Assembly (NCBI RefSeq): GCF_006345805.1
Contig: NC_043018.1
Coordinates: 6,076,001 to 6,140,000, forward strand
Origin: Octopus sinensis
Taxonomy: Eukaryota
DNA: 64,000 nt
Reading direction: 5' to 3'
Part shown: one piece after another, positions 1 to 11,539 of the stretch
Layout of the letters: every line of letters starts with the position of its first letter
Position numbering within the stretch: the first letter of the stretch is position 1
Made by a program: the position numbers and the translations under genes
The notes under the pieces: generated by a model
Told to the model about the DNA's origin: nothing
The model's input: the letters and a program-made list of their open reading frames with translations, nothing else
Database searches by the model: none

Positions 1-84
1 AAATAGCCACTGTTAGATTACGGCATCACGTGCACGTTGACATATGTATGTCTGTGTGTGCGCATGTATGTATATGTATGTATG

Positions 85-148
<64 letters not shown>

Positions 149-1244
149 AAGGCCTAGATAACAATGACCTGTCCGTATTGTGTAAATCAAAGGCGGCGAG
201 CTGGCAGAAACGTTAGCACGCCGGGCGAAATGCGTAGCCGTATTTCTTCTGCCGTTACGTTGTGAGTTCAAATTCCGCCGAGGTCAACTTTGCCTTTCAT
301 CCTTTCGGCCTCGATAGCTTAAGTACCAGTTACGCACTGGGGTTGATATAATCGACTTAATCCGTTTGTCCTCTCTGTGTTTAGCCCCTTGTGGCTAGTA
401 AAGAAATAGGTATTTCGTCTGCCATGACGTTCTGAGTTCAAATTCCGCCGCGGTCGACTTTGCCTTTCCTCCTTTCGGTGTCGATAAATTAAGTACCAGT
501 TACGCACTGGGGTCAATGTAATCGACTTAATACCTATGTCTGTCCTTGTTTGTCCCCTCTTTGTTTAGCCCCTTGTGGGCAATAAAGAAATAGGTATTGT
601 GTAAATCACGGTCATTTGCATGTGCTTCCATCCGTGTAGTTGTTGCTGTTGTGACTTGCTACCCACGCACCTGCTGTCGGAACACTTTAAAAAAAAAAAA
701 AGAAAATTACAGACTTACTTCCCTTTACGTTCTGTGTTTAGCTCTTACAGGAGTTAACTTTTGTCGCTTTAACTCTTCCAAGATCGATAAAATAAATATA
801 TGCACCAGTCATGTACTGAAAGATTCGATCGAAGCGATTAAAAATGCCCCCCCCCCTATCTCTCCTCTCCCTCCTTCCTGAACGCAAACAAACAAACAAA
901 CAACAATCTGTATGGACTTCTGCCTTTTAGCAATGCACGCAAAAATAATGGTTGCAGTAATAGTTATGTCCCTTTGCTTTTAGCTTTCCAGGTACGGCCG
1001 TGCGGTTAAGAAGTGCTTCTTGCTTCTTCTTCAGTAAGAACTCCTGAAATGTGCATTTACACCTTCTATCCATTTATCCGTCTTCGATGACGGCGCAGGA
1101 GTGGCTGTGTGGTAAGTAACCACATGGTTCCGGGTTCAGTCCCACTGCGTGGCAACTTGGGCAAGTGTCTTCTACTATAGCCTCGGGCCGACCAAATTCT
1201 TGTGAGTGGATTTGGTAGATGGAAACTGAAAGAAGCGCCTCGTA

Positions 1245-1311
<67 letters not shown>

Positions 1312-1439
1312 GTGTGTGTGTGTGTTTGTACCCCCCAACATTGTTTGACAAACGATGCTGGTGTGTTTACATCCCCGTAACCTAATGGTTCAGCAGTGTG
1401 TATCTGTGTGAGACTGTCACATTCTGTTTGTTTATGCCT

Positions 1440-1501
<62 letters not shown>

Positions 1502-1538
1502 TCTCTCATTGTATTCTTTTCATTTCCCTTGTTTTTAG

Positions 1539-1803
1539 GTCGACAAATTGCTGGACCAGTTACAGCAATATATCTCCTCGTTTGACTTGACCAGTCTTCG
1601 AGAATACTGGTCTCGCCTCAACACACGCCTCTTCTCACGTCTTGACCAGCGGTACATGGCCGGAGTGCGGAAAATGGAAGTCGGTCTCCTCAAGTTTTAT
1701 CTCATATATGCAACGCAGAACAACAAGCATGACAAGATAATGGAATTCTTCGAGAAACTCACAACGGAGCTTCAGAATCAGCCCGAATTTCGAGAATGGT
1801 TTA
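1539..1803 (+). CDS. WDR91: WDR91 coding exon 2 (provisional number); first exon is upstream of the window
   Basis: Acceptor tttttag at 1537-1538 and donor gtaagt at 1804. Translation VDKLLDQLQQYISSFDLTSLREYWSRLNTRLFSRLDQ...EFFEKLTTELQNQPEFREWF matches the recalled WDR91 N-terminus ([24 protein letters not shown]...LQNQAEWKDWF). Confidence 0.95.
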
Positions 1804-1805
1804 GT

Positions 1806-1980
1806 AAGTATATTGTTAAATTTAACAACAACAACAGTAGTAGCAGCAGTAGTAGTAGCAGCAGCAGTAGTAGTTGTTGTAGTAGCAGCAGTAGTAATAG
1901 TAGTAGTAGTAATAGTAGTAGTAGTAGTAGAAGTTGCAGCAGCAGTAGTAGCAGTAGTAGTAGTAGTAGTAGTAGCAGCA
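1806..1980. repeat. (AAC)/(AGT)/(AGC) trinucleotide microsatellite after the exon 2 donor; one of many (TA)n, (CA)n, (CT)n, (AAT)n and (CTT)n tracts
   Basis: Directly visible; it generates the poly-Ser, poly-Val and poly-Tyr ORFs. Confidence 0.95.
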
Positions 1981-2499
1981 GTGTTGCCGGGTCATAGTGC
2001 TAGTCATCTTATTACCCTTTTTACATGCTGGCATGGGTTGGACAGTTTGACAAAAACAGATGAGCCTGAGGGCTCTGTCAGGTTCTGTATTGGCCTTGGC
2101 ATAGATTCCCTTCCTAATGCCAACTTCTTTACAGAGTGTACTGGGTGCCTTTTTTTGCAAGGCATCAGCACTTGTGGGGGTCGCCAAGTACCCGGAAGAT
2201 AAGACATGGGTAAAATCTATGTTTCCTGTATATTTTGCTTCAGTGCCACTCCAATATTGTTACTACAACACGCACTACACCACCCTGCACCACTGTAAGT
2301 TCAACCACATATACTGTAGTTACAACCACACCACCATAGTCAGCACCAAATCACTACAGTCCGCTCCACACCCCTCTAATGACTACCACACATTCTACAG
2401 CTACAACCTAACCTCTGTAGTCACCAGCACATACTATAGTCATCTCCACTTCACCATAGTCACCTCCATACTACTAGAATCACATTTACTATAGTCAAG

Positions 2500-3240
2500 T
2501 GCCACACCCTAGCAGTTGAGGGAACCTGTGGAAGAGGTAGACCCAAGAAGACATTTGAGATTTGAACATTGGGCCTCACTGAGGCAATGACTAGTGACTG
2601 GGACCTTTGGAAATATGCTGTGCTTGAGAAGACTCGGCAAGCGCAAGTGAGACCATAACTTTGTGGCCTATGCCAGGGGTGTAACCAGTCCACTTATGCA
2701 TACCTTTCCTTCATTGGACACTAAACTCTGCTTGCGAAGGCAAGTGAAATCGAAATCAAATTTAATGACTGGCATTTGTGCTAGTGAAATGCTAAGAGTA
2801 CCATACAAGTGAGATCGTTGCCAGAGCAACAAGCTAGCCTCCGTGCCGATGGCATGTAAAAAACACCATTTGGGAGTGATCATTACCTGTGTTGTGCAAC
2901 TATGGGCACTTGTGCTGGTGGCATGTGGAAAAAAACATTCGAGCGAGATTGTTGCCAGTGCCGCTGGACTGGCTCCTGTACTGGTGGCACATAAAAAGCA
3001 CCATTTGAGCATGGCCGTTACCAGTACCGCCTGACTGGCCCTCGTGCCTGTGGCATGTAAAAGCATCCACTACATTCTCGGAGTGGTTGGCGTTAGGAAG
3101 GGCATCCAGCTGTAGAAACTCTGCCAGATCAGATTGGAGTCTGGCGCAGCCATCTGGTTCGTCAGACCTCAGTCAAATCATCCAACCCATGCTAGCATGG
3201 AAAGCAGACGTTAAATGATGACGATGATGATGATGACTGC
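2500..3240 (+). mobile_element. LINE 3' end plus its abundant 3' UTR repeat ending in (GAT)n; copies at about 3465-3660 (-), 7700-7865, 36010-36260, 36730-37080, 47800-48140 and 52190-52400
   Basis: GRGRPKKT-like ORF end followed by GCCGGTGGCACGTAAAAAGCACC subrepeats, GGAAGGGCATCCAGCTGTAGAAAC and a GATGATGAT tail. Confidence 0.7.
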
Positions 3241-4838
3241 TAATAAGAGAGTGAAGACATGTGGCCTTGCTATTAGAGTGTAACATGCATGATTGCAAGA
3301 TTGTGGTTTCAATTCTCGGACCAGGCGGTACATTGTGTTCTTGAAGAAAACATTTAGAAAGATTGTGCAACTTTGAGGAAGCAAGCTATATCTGTATCAC
3401 TATGCTGTGCATTTAGGCCACAATTACAGCCTTTTCATTTGCTGAGTCAGCCTAGTGTCTCATCATCATCATCATCATCATCGTTTAGCGTCCGCTTTCC
3501 ATGCTAGCATGGGTTGGACGGTTCAACTGGGTTCTAGGAAGCCAGAAGGCTGCACCAGGCCCAGTCTGATCTGGCTATGTTTCTACGGCTGGATTCCCTT
3601 CCTAACGCCAACCAATCAGTGAGTGTAGTGGGTGCTTTTTACGTGTGACCGGCACAGGTGTCTGACATTATTTATTTGAAAAGTAAGGTGAAAAAGAAAA
3701 AAGTTAGAAGTAATTTAGTGCTCTTGAAATAGGTGTCCCCCTCCAAAAAACAGACACACCCTGCAGGTATGTTCAGTATGATAGAATACAATTCTATGTT
3801 AACAAATTAATGCAAATAAAGGAGGCTAACTGACCAGATCACTGGAACATTATGGTTCCATTAACAGTTCCACTCATGGTGATGGCCATGTGATTCTCGG
3901 ATTACATATCTTATACTACTTAGTGTGTGTGTGTCAATATGTGTGTAGGTGCAGGCGTGGTTGGGTGGTAAGTAGCTTGCTAACCAGCCACATGGTTCTG
4001 GGTTCAGTCCCACTGCGTGGCATCTTGGGCAAGTGTCTTCTGCTATAGCCTCGGGCCGACCAAAGCCTTGTGAGTGGATTTGGTAGACGGAAACTGAAAG
4101 AAGCCTGTCGTATATATGTATGTATATATATATGTATGTGTGTGTTTGTGTGTCTGTGTTTGTCCCACTAGCATTGCTTGACAACCGATGCTGGTGTGTT
4201 TACGTCCCCGTAACTTAGCGGTTCGGCAATAGAGACCGATAGAATAAGTACTAGGCTTACAAAGAATAAGTCCTGGGGTCCATTTGCTCGACTAAAGGCG
4301 GTGCTCCAGCATGGCCGCAGTCAAATGACTGAAACAAGTAAAAGAGTATACTACTTAGTGTGTGTGTGTGTCTGTAAGCGTGTAGGTGCAGGCGTGGTTG
4401 GGTGGTAAGAAGCTTATTTCCCAGCCACATGGTTCAGGGTTCAGTCCCACTGCGTGGCACCTTGGGCAAGTGTCTTCCACTATAGCCTCAGGTCGACCAA
4501 AGCCTTGTGAGTGGATTTAGTAGAAGGAGACTGAAAGAAGCCTGTCGTGTGTGTGTGTTTGTCCCCCCCCCATCACCGTTTGACAACCGGTGTTGGTGTG
4601 TCTGCATCCCTGTGACTTGGTGGTTCGACAAAAGAGACCGATAGAATAAGTACTGGGGTTGATTCATTCGGCTAAAAATTCAAGGTGGTGCCCCAGCATG
4701 GCCGCAGTGTAATGACTGAAACAAGTAAAAGATGTAAGATATATATCTTCGATCTACTTTCTCTTTTTTGTTTTTTTAGATTTTTTTTCTTTATTTTCTT
4801 CCTTTTGTCTATTTAAAAATTTTTGTCTTCTTTTCCAG

Positions 4839-4961
4839 TTTTACCTTTTGTTCGGAATCCAGAAGAACATCCATTATTTTCAATCCATTTCACACGCCAA
4901 TGGCAGGAAACCTATTTTCTATCACTTCACAACTTCCTCAGTGCTGTCTTACAAGTTATCC
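4839..4961 (+). CDS. WDR91: WDR91 coding exon 3
   Basis: Acceptor ttttccag. (I)LPFVRNPEEHPLFSIHFTRQWQETYFLSLHNFLSAVLQVI resembles WDR91 [34 protein letters not shown]. Phase 1 at both ends; ends at the U12 donor ATATCCTTT. Confidence 0.93.
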
Positions 4962-5139
4962 ATATCCTTTTTCTGTATGCGTGTTTGAAGATTCTTAGTC
5001 TTCTAACAAAATTTTTGTGCACTTTTTTTATTACTTTTCTGATTATCAAAATATTCTTCTTATAAGCCCATATTCATACGTACATACATACTTACACCCT
5101 ACCACAAAAACACATACACACATATTGTTTCTTTTGTTC

Positions 5140-5405
5140 CTTCACGAGCCATGCCTGGCTCATAAGTTCCCCACCTGGACGGGACACCAGTCCGTCGCAG
5201 ATGAGCTGCAAGATGCAGGAGGAAAGAGTGAGAGAAAGTTGTAGCGAAAGAGTCAGCAGAAGTTTCGCCATTACCTTCTGCTGGAGCCACGTAGAGCTTA
5301 GGTGTTTTCGCTCATAAACACACACATCGCCTGGTCTGAGATTCGAACCCGCAATCCATAGACCGCGAGTCCGCTGCTCTAACCACTAGGCCATGTGCCT
5401 CCACT
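5140..5405 (-). mobile_element. tRNA-derived SINE family C; also about 38960-39272 (-)
   Basis: Minus strand GGAGGCACATGGCCTAGTGGTTAGAGCAGCGGACTCGCGGTC...GGGTTCGAATC head, shared between copies. Confidence 0.75.
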
Positions 5406-5797
5406 AAAAAATTGTTTTGACTGAAGCTCTTATGATACTACTAATTTATCTTTGCAACACATATTGTTGCTATTATGCAAAACTGTTGTAAGTCCAAAAC
5501 GTTGCTTTTTCAGTAAATGTAAAAAGAGTTTCACCATTCCATTTCTTTTTACATTAGCAACAGTTTCAGCTGATCAATAATACTTTGTTGGGTGCATAAA
5601 ATCGTTGGCAAAACCCTTCGTTTGTGGGACTTATTACACTTTTGAAAAATGCAAAACTGTTGTACTATACTTTGACAATTTTCATCTCAAGGAGCTGGAG
5701 ATACAATAGTTTGACAAAAGAACTGGGTATTGCAAGCAAAATTAAATATTGCAAAAAAAAAATGCATTTGGCCAAATTTGGACATACTACAGTTTAA

Positions 5798-6869
5798 CCC
5801 TTTCGTTACCAAACCGCCCGAAAAAATTTTGGTTAATGTGACCAAACCGCCCAAAGCCGCACGAATTTACCTATTCATATTTAAATGAGAATATCAGAGC
5901 AAATCTCTTTAGTACATTCGTGAAAATACGTATTATACTTCGTAAAGAGTTCAACTACAATTTTGTACAAAAATCGAAGTGTAATTTTAATTCCGTGAAT
6001 TTTGGGAGATTTTTTTCCGAAATTTGTTCCTATTGTGTTTTCAAAATTTGTAATTCTGACAAAAAATGGATACGAATTTCATTATATCAAGCAGCGAGTC
6101 AGAATTCGAAGGATTTTCTACTGAAGACCTTCATAAATCTAACTCTATGACTGAAAAAAAAAGCATGTGGTATTTGATAATGAATCTGATGTTTCATTTT
6201 CCGAAAGTGAAAACAGTGTATCCGAGAGCTCCGACAGCGATAAAGAAAATGAATTGGCACCTGAATGGAGTGAAAATTTAAAAACTGTTTCTTTCGGTGA
6301 TTTTTCTGAAGAAACTGGACCAAGCCACAGACTTTCCCAGAAGAGTAAAGCCTTAGACTATTTCTTTTTACTTTTTCGAATGAGCCTATTTGAACTCATT
6401 ATGGCGGAAACGAACCATTACTCTAAATGTAAACAAAACGAAAGAAAGGATACTTTGTGGTTTCCCACAACCTTAAATGAAATTAAGGCTTATTTTGCCA
6501 TAGATATTATTATGGGTATCAGAAAGTTACCCAGAATAACAAATTCTATCGTAAAATTTTGTTGTATACCCAATTGAATATTAGCTAATCCATTTTCTAT
6601 AGCGATGTTTGAACAAAATTTTACTAATTTTATATTTTGTTGAATTTACCTGTATCTACCTGCAATTAGAGTCACTTTGTGACAAAAATTATAGTATAGA
6701 ATTGGTTGAGAACATTTCATTAAATTATCTTCCAAAATTCACGTTAATATATTGATAAATAAAAAAGTTATAGTTGTTTAATGAAACCAGACTAAATTTA
6801 TGATTATGTTAGAAATTAATTGAAACACATAAGGGGTGTATTTTGGTCAGAAATATAGTAATGAAAGGG
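5798..6869 (+). mobile_element. Internally deleted piggyBac-type transposon
   Basis: TTAA target duplications at 5794-5797 and 6870-6873; TIRs CCCTTTCGTTAC / GTAATGAAAGGG. A partial transposase frame (LDYFFLLF...IMAETNHY...WFPTTLNEIKAYFAIDIIMGIRKLP) is typical of the piggyBac N-terminal region. Confidence 0.88.
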
Positions 6870-6873
6870 TTAA

Positions 6874-7255
6874 CATAATATCTCTATCCGCTCAGTCGAA
6901 ATCAACTCTCGGTAACTCGATGGATCAGTGTCCTCCAGTCAGTTCTATCCTGGGCCGCTTCTCTCAGATTGGCTATGTCCATTCCGGTATCACTCTTGAT
7001 GGTGTCAAGCCAGCAGGTTCTTGGTCGGCCTCTTCCTCTCTTGCCACTGACCATTCCAAGCATGATGTCCTTCTCCAGGGATTTTCTCCGCATAATATGA
7101 CCAAAATATGCCAATCTATGCTTGGTGATCCTAGCTTCTAGCGACATTTTTGGCCTGATCTGCTTAAGAATTTCTCCATTGGTGAGCCTCACTGTCCATG
7201 GAATCCGCAAAAGTCTTCTCCAACACCAAAGCTCGAATGCATTAATTCTCTTCTG
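6874..7255 (-). mobile_element. RTE-clade LINE 3' fragment
   Basis: NAFELWCWRRLLRIPWT...LAYFGHIMRR..LEKDIMLGMVSGKRGRGRPRTCWLD is an RTE/BovB-like ORF C-terminus. Confidence 0.88.
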
Positions 7256-7284
7256 GTTAACATAATAGCAATGATATATATAAT

Positions 7285-7480
7285 GTCCAGCCCATATAGA
7301 TGGGCTGGACACGTCGCCTGGCTCACCGATAATCGGTGGATCCGCGCAGTTGTCGAGTGGTACTCGCGCGAGCGGAAACCACCACTTGGAAGGCCTCCAC
7401 GATGGTGGAGTTACGATTTCAGGAGGACAATTGGGATCACGTGGATGAGAAAGGCGCGATCCAGTGGACTTAACTGATTG
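7285..7480 (+). mobile_element. Second RTE-like LINE 3' fragment
   Basis: RWAGHVAWLTDNRWIRAVVEWYSRERKPPLGRPPRWW. Confidence 0.7.
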
Positions 7481-7533
7481 GATTTCAGTTAAGGATTTCA
7501 TTTTGTGTGATTTTTCCTTAATTCCATTTCCAC

Positions 7534-7616
7534 CCCGTCCAACACTGCTTGCTTTTGAAGAAGACACACTTCAGAAGAAGAAAATCCTACAAGAAAATGA
7601 AATGCTGAAAATGAAG
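7534..7616 (+). CDS. WDR91: WDR91 coding exon 4
   Basis: (P)RPTLLAFEEDTLQKKKILQENEMLKMK, similar to [26 protein letters not shown]; donor gtattg at 7617. Confidence 0.9.
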
Positions 7617-8333
7617 GTATTGGTTCTCAGTACGTCTTTTCTTTCTTTCCTTCCCCCCTTCTTTCCTTCCTTCCTTCCTTTCTTTCTTTCTTTCACATAA
7701 AAAACACCCACTACACTCACGGAGTGGTTGGCATTAGGAAGGGCATCCAGCTGTAGAAACTCTGCCAGATCAGACTGGAGCCTGGTGCAGCCTCCATGGC
7801 TTACCAGACCCTGGTCGAACTGTCCAACCCATGCTAGCATGGAAAACGGACGTTAAATGATGATGATATGTCAATTTAGTCAAAAATATACTGGACCTGA
7901 TTTAAAGATGGAATGTCATGGTTGGATTCCTTTGACCCTATGTCTCCTCAGTTACTGGCTCAGGGAAAGATTTTTTTGGTGGGGGCAGATGAGAGAGGGA
8001 GGGTAGCTTCTGTGGGTCTTTGGTTGCTTGCCTGCTTTATTGAGTGAATGAGCATAGTTAACCCTTCATTATTTAATCCGTTAGCATTTAAACCGGTGAT
8101 GTCCAGCCCGAATATTCTACCTTTTTTATGTTCAAACTGGTCAGATCCTGTCTCCCATGCTGACCCTACATTGTAAAAATGAAGTTACGTCATCAAAATC
8201 TCAATGCATGATTAATTTTTAAAATGTGTATAAATAAGCATTACCTTTGACAGTGTAATCTGAATGCTAAATTTTACTGTTTCACGTTCAAACCACCCGG
8301 ATTTGGCACCCTTACACCAGCCCTACAATGTCA

Positions 8334-8727
8334 TCTCTATATATATAAAGGGCAAAATGTCTGTCTGTGTGTGTGTGTGTCCTTTATACAAATCCACCTC
8401 GCACTTTCTATAGTCATTCAAAACCGTCCAAGGGTGGTCGTGCACATCTTTACATTTCCCCAGTCATCCCGCAAAGCCATTAAAAAATCAATAGAAGTGA
8501 CTTTTTTGTGAATTTTCTATCCAAAACCCAATCAAAATGCCTGAATCTTGATACGCCAATTGAATGCCAGCTAGCTGTATGTGATTGGTCAGAGATTTGG
8601 ACAGTACTCGCGTGTATGTGCGCATGCACGCAGCTGTATATGCATGCACTAGCACTATGACCCAGCGTTGCCGGGTCATAGTGCTAGTATATATATATTT
8701 GTATATATATATATATATATATTTATT

Positions 8728-8772
<45 letters not shown>

Positions 8773-8810
8773 TAGCACTATGACCTGGCATTGCCGGGTC
8801 ATAGTGCTAG
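8334..8810 (+). mobile_element. Non-autonomous Helitron-like element with a duplicated 3' terminus
   Basis: A|TC 5' end, CTAG|T 3' ends at 8687 and 8810, terminal hairpin TAGCACTATGACCC...GGGTCATAGTGCTA, no target duplication. Confidence 0.75.
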
Positions 8811-9168
8811 TTTTAGAATAAAGCAATCACCTCGTTGAAGTCTCAAAGCTACAAGATATCATCATCATCATTTAATGTCTGTTGTCCATGCTGGCATGGG
8901 TTGAATAGTTTGATCAGAGCTGGTAAGCTGGAGAGCCATGCCTGATTTGGCATGGTTTCTACAGCTGGATGCCTTTCCTAACTCCAACCAAGGTGTGCTG
9001 GATGCTTTTGACAGAGTAATCCTATCGCTAAAGGGTCGATATAAAGTTAATTACTATACCATATTTAGATTGGTGCTCGTAGGGCCTTAGCTTTGTCCAG
9101 ACCACTACAGTATTCCTTTTGCCATGATATTAACAAATGTATGTTTACTTTGCTCTTGCTCTTCCCAG

Positions 9169-9293
9169 CTTCATGCCCAGATCCAAGCTGAAGCGGCCAA
9201 ACATAGTAACAGTGGGGAACGACGACACACAGTCTCTGCTGACCTTGTGCACCCTTCTGAGGAATTGATCTTTGATTTTTCCGGTCTTTCAGA
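9169..9293 (+). CDS. WDR91: WDR91 coding exon 5
   Basis: Acceptor cttcccag, LHAQIQAEAAKHSNSGERRHTVSADLVHPSEELIFDFSGLS, donor gttagt; phase 0 to phase 2 fits the neighbouring exons. Confidence 0.85.
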
Positions 9294-9454
9294 GTTAGTA
9301 TTTCTTATTCTTAATCTAAACTTTGTATCTCTAAAATGGATGTTTGTCTGTGATATGGTTTTTTGTTTTTCTTAATATTCCTTTGTTTTTTTGGGGTTTT
9401 TTTTTTGTCACATTAATTTCTTAACAACATCCTTTAAACACTTCTTAGCAACAT

Positions 9455-9900
9455 TCTTTGAAAAGGTTAGCAACATTTGTCCCCCTCCCCTCCCCCGTTA
9501 GCAACATTTGTTGTCCCCTTGTAAGCAGCATTTGTTCTCCCCCTTGTTAGCAACATTTGTTGCTCCCCCATGTTAGCAACATTTGTTGTCCCCTTGTTAG
9601 CAACATTTGTTGTCCTCCTTGTTAGCAACATTTGTTGTCCTCCTTGTTAGCAGCATTTGTTGTCCCCTTGTTAGCAACATTTCTTGTTCCCTTGTTAGCA
9701 ACATTTGTTTTCCTCTTGTTAGCAACATTTGTTGCCCCCTTGTTAACAACATTTATTGGCAACTTGTTTGCAACATTTGTTGGCAACTTGTTAGCAACAT
9801 TTGTTAAACATGTTACCAAACACTCATCAAACACTTGTGTACAAAATTCTTCTGGAATTTGCTAGTTACATTCACCGAGCATTTGTTGGCAACATTTGAA
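9455..9900. repeat. 24-bp minisatellite (GTTAGCAACATTTGTTGTCCCCTT)n, degenerate at its edges
   Basis: About 15 tandem units, which produce the LLATFV and VSNIC repeating ORFs. Confidence 0.9.
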
Positions 9901-10250
9901 GATGGGCTTCTTTGAAGCAGCATCAGTTGTCAAGCAATGCTATGGGGATAAAGACAGGCACACAAATATATACACACACATACATATATATATGACGGGC
10001 TTCTTTTCAGTTTCCGTCTGCCAAATCCACTCACAAAGCTTTGGTCGGCCCAAGGCTATAGTAGAAGACACTTGCCCAAAGTGCCTTGCAGTGGGACTGA
10101 ACCCAGAACCCTGTGGTTGGTAAGCAAGCTACTTACCACACAGCCACTCTGTGATATTTAGTAAATGAAGAATAAAGAGGTTAATTTCTTGTCCAAATGG
10201 GAATCAAATGTTTGATTGTTATAATATTTCTTCTTCCTGCCATATTGCAG

Positions 10251-10620
10251 TGAGTCTCTCAATGAAAAGACTAAGAAGACCGGGAAACGGTTTGCGCTGA
10301 ATTTCTCTTCATCACCTCTGCTTGGCAAGAAATTAAGTGTGGCCACTTTAAAGAAATCAGAATCATCGACGGCTCCAAAAGAAGTACCAAAATCTTCAAA
10401 AAACCGAAACAACCAGGGCTTCCCTATAATCAACGGAGCACAGGCTAACACGAGTGGACTGAAAGTTGGTTCTTTTGGCAACATATCCGGATCACCTTCA
10501 CACTCTGAGGAAAGTCTTTCAGGAGTGGCCAGCAGCCGATCTCGACACCAAATGGAGGAGTACGAAAAGCAGCGGCGAGCCCTTCTTGGACTGTCCGATT
10601 CCAGCCGTTCCAAAGATAAG
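10251..10620 (+). CDS. WDR91: WDR91 coding exon 6 (Ser/Lys-rich linker)
   Basis: Acceptor attgcag in phase 2, open frame (D)ESLNEKTKKTGKRFALNFSSSPLLGKK...QRRALLGLSDSSRSKDK, donor gtaaaa at 10621. Confidence 0.85.
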
Positions 10621-10803
10621 GTAAAAAAAATAACTTCCTCTCTGTATTTGCTTTTTTTCTTTTTTTTGTTTTCTCTGTTTTTATTACTTAACAGTATGAC
10701 TATCTGCCACCCCATCCCCACCCCTCTCTTTTACTGTTTTTCTTCAAATTGATGACAGTGCTCCAGCATGGCCTTACCTGTGATTATTTATACTACTAAT
10801 AAA

Positions 10804-11037
10804 AAGGGCGGCGAGCTGGCAGAACCGTTAGCGCGCCGGGCGAAATGCTTAGTGGTATTTCGTCTACCGTTACGTTCTGAGTTCGAATTCCGCCGAGGTT
10901 GACTTTGCCTTTCATCCTTTCGGGGTCGATGAATAAAGTACCAGTTTCGCACAGGGGTCGATGTAATCGACTTAATCCGTTTGTCTGTCCTTGTTTGTCC
11001 CCTCTACGTTTAGCCCCTTGTGGGTAGTAAAGAAATA
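10804..11037 (+). mobile_element. tRNA-derived SINE family A with a 19-bp target duplication; other copies at about 192-595 (tandem), 33299-33530, 43895-44478 (-), 48991-49222, 54845-54955 (-) and 61006-61115
   Basis: GGCGAGCTGGCAGAA (A-box-like) and GAGTTCGAATTCC (B-box-like); flanking TATTTATACTACTAATAAA at 10785-10803 and 11038-11056. Confidence 0.9.
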
Positions 11038-11539
11038 TATTTATACTACTAATAAACTTAAAAAAACAAGAATTTCTGAAAACCATTTTGCCTGCCAAAG
11101 TGAAGGTTGGGTTTTGCAGGTCCCAAGACTGTCCACTAATAATACTTGTCATCTTTCCATTTTTAATGCAGCGTTTTATGAAATGCATCAGAAGGGATGC
11201 AGTGCATGTGTCTGTCTGTCTGTCTGTCTGTCTTGCCCGCTCTCTCTTTATATATATCTCTTTGTCCTGCTCTTTCTCTGTCTGTCTCTATCTGTCCATC
11301 TGTTTATATATGTAAAGATGTGATTCATGGAAGTCTGGTTAACAACCATCACATGTTGTTAAGCCATGGAAGTGCATGCCTACATGTGCATGCATTCATT
11401 CATGCATGCACTCACACCAGGCTTTTGACCCGGCACCATAATAAGACTCTTGCCTGTATATGCATGTCATCATCATCATCATCATTTAATGTCCATCTTC
11501 CATGTAAATATGTATATACATATGAAATAATGGAAGGAG

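Larger units (their letters stand above)
4962..7533 (+). other. WDR91: U12-type (minor spliceosome) AT-AC intron of WDR91
   Basis: 5' end ATATCCTTT (4962-4970), branch site TTCCTTAAT (7514-7522), terminal AC (7532-7533). Joining restores the frame LQVI-P-RPTLLAFE, aligning with recalled LFQCMPVPVILNFD. Confidence 0.9.

Noticed and set aside
192-280. tRNA-like sequences at SINE heads throughout the window
   Set aside because: A and B boxes are present but there is no complete cloverleaf, and each continues into a repeated SINE body, so they are not tRNA genes.
1804-1997. Poly-Ser extension of the exon 2 ORF
   Set aside because: It is read-through past a canonical gtaagt donor into an (AGT)n microsatellite.
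9455-9900. CRISPR-like or protein-repeat appearance of the 24-bp array
   Set aside because: Units are head-to-tail with no unique spacers, there are no cas genes, and the context is a eukaryotic intron.
10158-10721. 187-aa minus-strand ORF
   Set aside because: It is the antisense shadow of WDR91 exon 6.
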